In this document: piece by piece, positions 61,819-64,000 of the stretch | Layout: every line of letters begins with the position of its first letter | Position numbering within the stretch: the first letter of the stretch is position 1 | Assembly (NCBI GenBank): GCA_950097015.1 | Contig: CATNEN010000026.1 | Location: 186,001 to 250,000 of the forward strand | Source: Macrostomum hystrix | Taxonomy: Eukaryota > Animalia > Platyhelminthes | Direction of reading: 5' to 3' | Length of the DNA stretch: 64,000 bases | Program-made: the position numbers and the translations under genes | Notes under the pieces: model-generated | Told to the model about the DNA's origin: nothing | Databases searched by the model: none | Seen by the model: the letters and a program-made list of their open reading frames with translations, nothing else

Positions 61819-62711
61819 GTCAGAATTCAATGTGTTGATAGTTTTCCGTATCGCACCACTTCTTTGATTCAATAATTGTTTTGGGATTTCTTAGCCACGC
61901 GATGGGAGTGGAAAATGGGGATTCTGTTTGGCATCTGACACCTCCCTTGGTTAAAGGCTCATTCGCTTAGTCTTCTGGGCACAGGAGTCTAGGAAAACCT
62001 GGGCCTACCTTCGCTCTCCCCCTCTCTCTCTCTCATTAAGACATTCCACCGAATCAGACTGGTTGCTATGGTTTTTCATCTTCCCATTGACCATATTTTC
62101 CAGCTTTGCCGCAGCACTCCTACACAACCAATTTATTCGATTCCAATTCAACTTTGGCGGGGATTTGAAAGAGAGAAAATAAATATCACTACGCTACACA
62201 CATACACACACTTCGCTATACAGAAAAATCCAAAACAGAGGATTTTAAATTATAGATCTGCAATTATGGCGGCCACTTCGTAATCTGAAAAACACGGGAT
62301 AAAATAGATTCCATTTAGCTGGACTGTTCCGAGTTAGTGTCGGGGTTCCGGTGCGCGGCTGAGGATGTGGATTAAGACGCGGGCATTGTTGCATGACTGA
62401 CACTGGGCGGCCCACAGCTTTAGTGTAAACAGCACCCCCCGTACAAGCAGACAAGTAGTTTGGGAACTAGATAAAGAGAAAACGCAGTACACAGTGCAGG
62501 ACCATGATCAATAGAGATGTGGGCATAGAATTAAACGGTCAGATATTCAGACACAGAAGGGTGGAATATACGGCTAGTTGATTGGCAGCCAAGTCAATAG
62601 ATTCATACTGGCATTCGTATACCTATCCTTGGCGTTTGGTATAGGGTCGGTGTACTGGCAATCAGTGCATGGACCTGCTACTCAGCAATCTGCTAGGAAA
62701 CAATATTTTGT

Positions 62712-63316
62712 GGGAGACTGGGAGACTGGGAGACTGGGAGACTGGGAGACTGGGAGACTGGGAGACTGGGAGACTGGGAGACTGGGAGACTGGGAGACTG
62801 GGAGACTGGGAGACTGGGGGACTGGGGGACTGCGGGAATGGGAGACGGGGGGACTGGGGGACTGGGAGACTGGGGGACTGGGAGACTGGGAGACTGGGAG
62901 ACTGGGAGACTGGGAGACTGGGAGACTGGGGGACTGGGAGACTGGGAGACTGGGGGACTGGGGAAATGGGAGACGGGGGGAATGGGGGAATGGGGGACTG
63001 GGGGACTGGGAGACTGGGAGACTGGGGGACTGGGAGACTGGGAGACTGGGGGACTGGGGAAATGGGAGACGGGGGGAATGGGGGAATGGGGGACTGGGGG
63101 ACTGGGGGACTGGGGGACTGGGGGACTGGGGGACTGGGAGACTGGGAGACTGGGAGACAGGGGGACTGGGGGACTGGGGGACTGGGAGACTGGGAGACTG
63201 GGAGACAGGGGGACTGGGGGACTGGGGGACTGGGAGACTGGGAGACTGGGAGACAGGGGGACTGGGGGACTGGGGGACTGGGAGACAGGGGGACTGGGGG
63301 ACTGGGAGACTGGGAG
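62712..63316 (+). repeat. G-rich 8-bp tandem repeat (GGGAGACT/GGGGGACT)n
   Basis: Direct reading; a G-run of at least three in every unit. Confidence 0.95.
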
Positions 63317-64000
63317 AGACTCGGCTATGCAAGCGTACTGCTGAATTTATTAAAGGCACAGCTATACCGGCAGTTTTGTTTCAGATCGTGTATGAACAGG
63401 TATGATTTCCGATTTAAAATGATTCTATGAGATAGAAAGCGATATCAGACTATAGCTTTTGATGTACCCCGACGCGACAGACTAGATAAAATGACAAGAT
63501 TAACAACTAGGCTAAAGGAATACTTTAGGAAACAAATGATTATTTACACTGTGCTTATGCAGCTTCACTGGGCCAGGAAGCAGAGAGAAGATAGAGAAAG
63601 ACAGCAGAAATCTATAGCCCTCCTGGTCAGGTCGCATGGTAACACAGAGCAGAATGTGTTTGGGCCCTGTTTACACTGAGCCGGGACTGAAACTGATTGA
63701 TGACTCAGTACCTGTCTTAGCCCAGACCGGCCATTTAAAAGGGAAATGGGATTTCAGGATTGCAGGTTTCTGAGCGGGACATACTGGACTAGAAGTTTGC
63801 GCGCCTATTTTCCCATAGTAACCCGAAGCCTGAAGCTAATAGCTATGGTACAGAACAAGGCTAGAGATAAGGCTGAAGTGCCACGGACCCCCCGTCTGTC
63901 AGAGTTTGAAGATGGAGCTTTTGGCCGCCTGACATTATTACTTTGCGATGCAGACGAGAAAAGGTAATCTTGATTTAGTAGCCAGTTCAGAGACTATAAA

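Noticed and set aside
62316-62376. Possible TIMP last exon (LDCSELVSGFRCAAEDVD*)
   Set aside because: Phase-compatible but not clearly TIMP-like, so the 3' end is left unresolved.
62578-63430. Gly/Trp-rich ORFs (GDWETGRL)n
   Set aside because: Translations of the 8-bp G-rich repeat in multiple frames.

Overview
Eukaryotic (animal) genomic DNA with GC3-rich spliced genes and AT-rich introns packed with 8-33 bp minisatellites. The myosin N-terminus ([20 protein letters not shown]) and this repeat landscape suggest a free-living flatworm such as Macrostomum (inference only). By hand-checking GT/AG sites and codon phase I reconstructed a 14-exon muscle myosin II heavy chain (-), a 10-exon DIP2 (-), the 3' five exons of synapsin (-) and a TIMP (+) nested antisense in a synapsin intron. 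Less familiar genes are a kinase-less protein with two PAK-type CRIB/PBD modules (+), a 98-aa secreted six-Cys peptide (+) and a ParB/sulfiredoxin-like gene (-) running off the left edge. Mobile DNA comprises two tRNA-headed SINE families, a decayed RTE-like LINE RT sitting inside a SINE, a Crypton-like tyrosine-recombinase relic and a probable hAT-type MITE. The two most unusual features are: (1) a 3.9-kb tandem duplication whose 29-bp crossover lies in a 20-bp minisatellite shared by introns of two neighbouring genes, predicting a new chimeric transcript; (2) a SINE 3' half with the helix order of an HDV-like ribozyme, including a P3/L3 identical to genomic HDV but lacking canonical P1.1. 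Most long ORFs in the supplied track are repeat or antisense artefacts. No database searches were run; all homology calls are from motif recognition.
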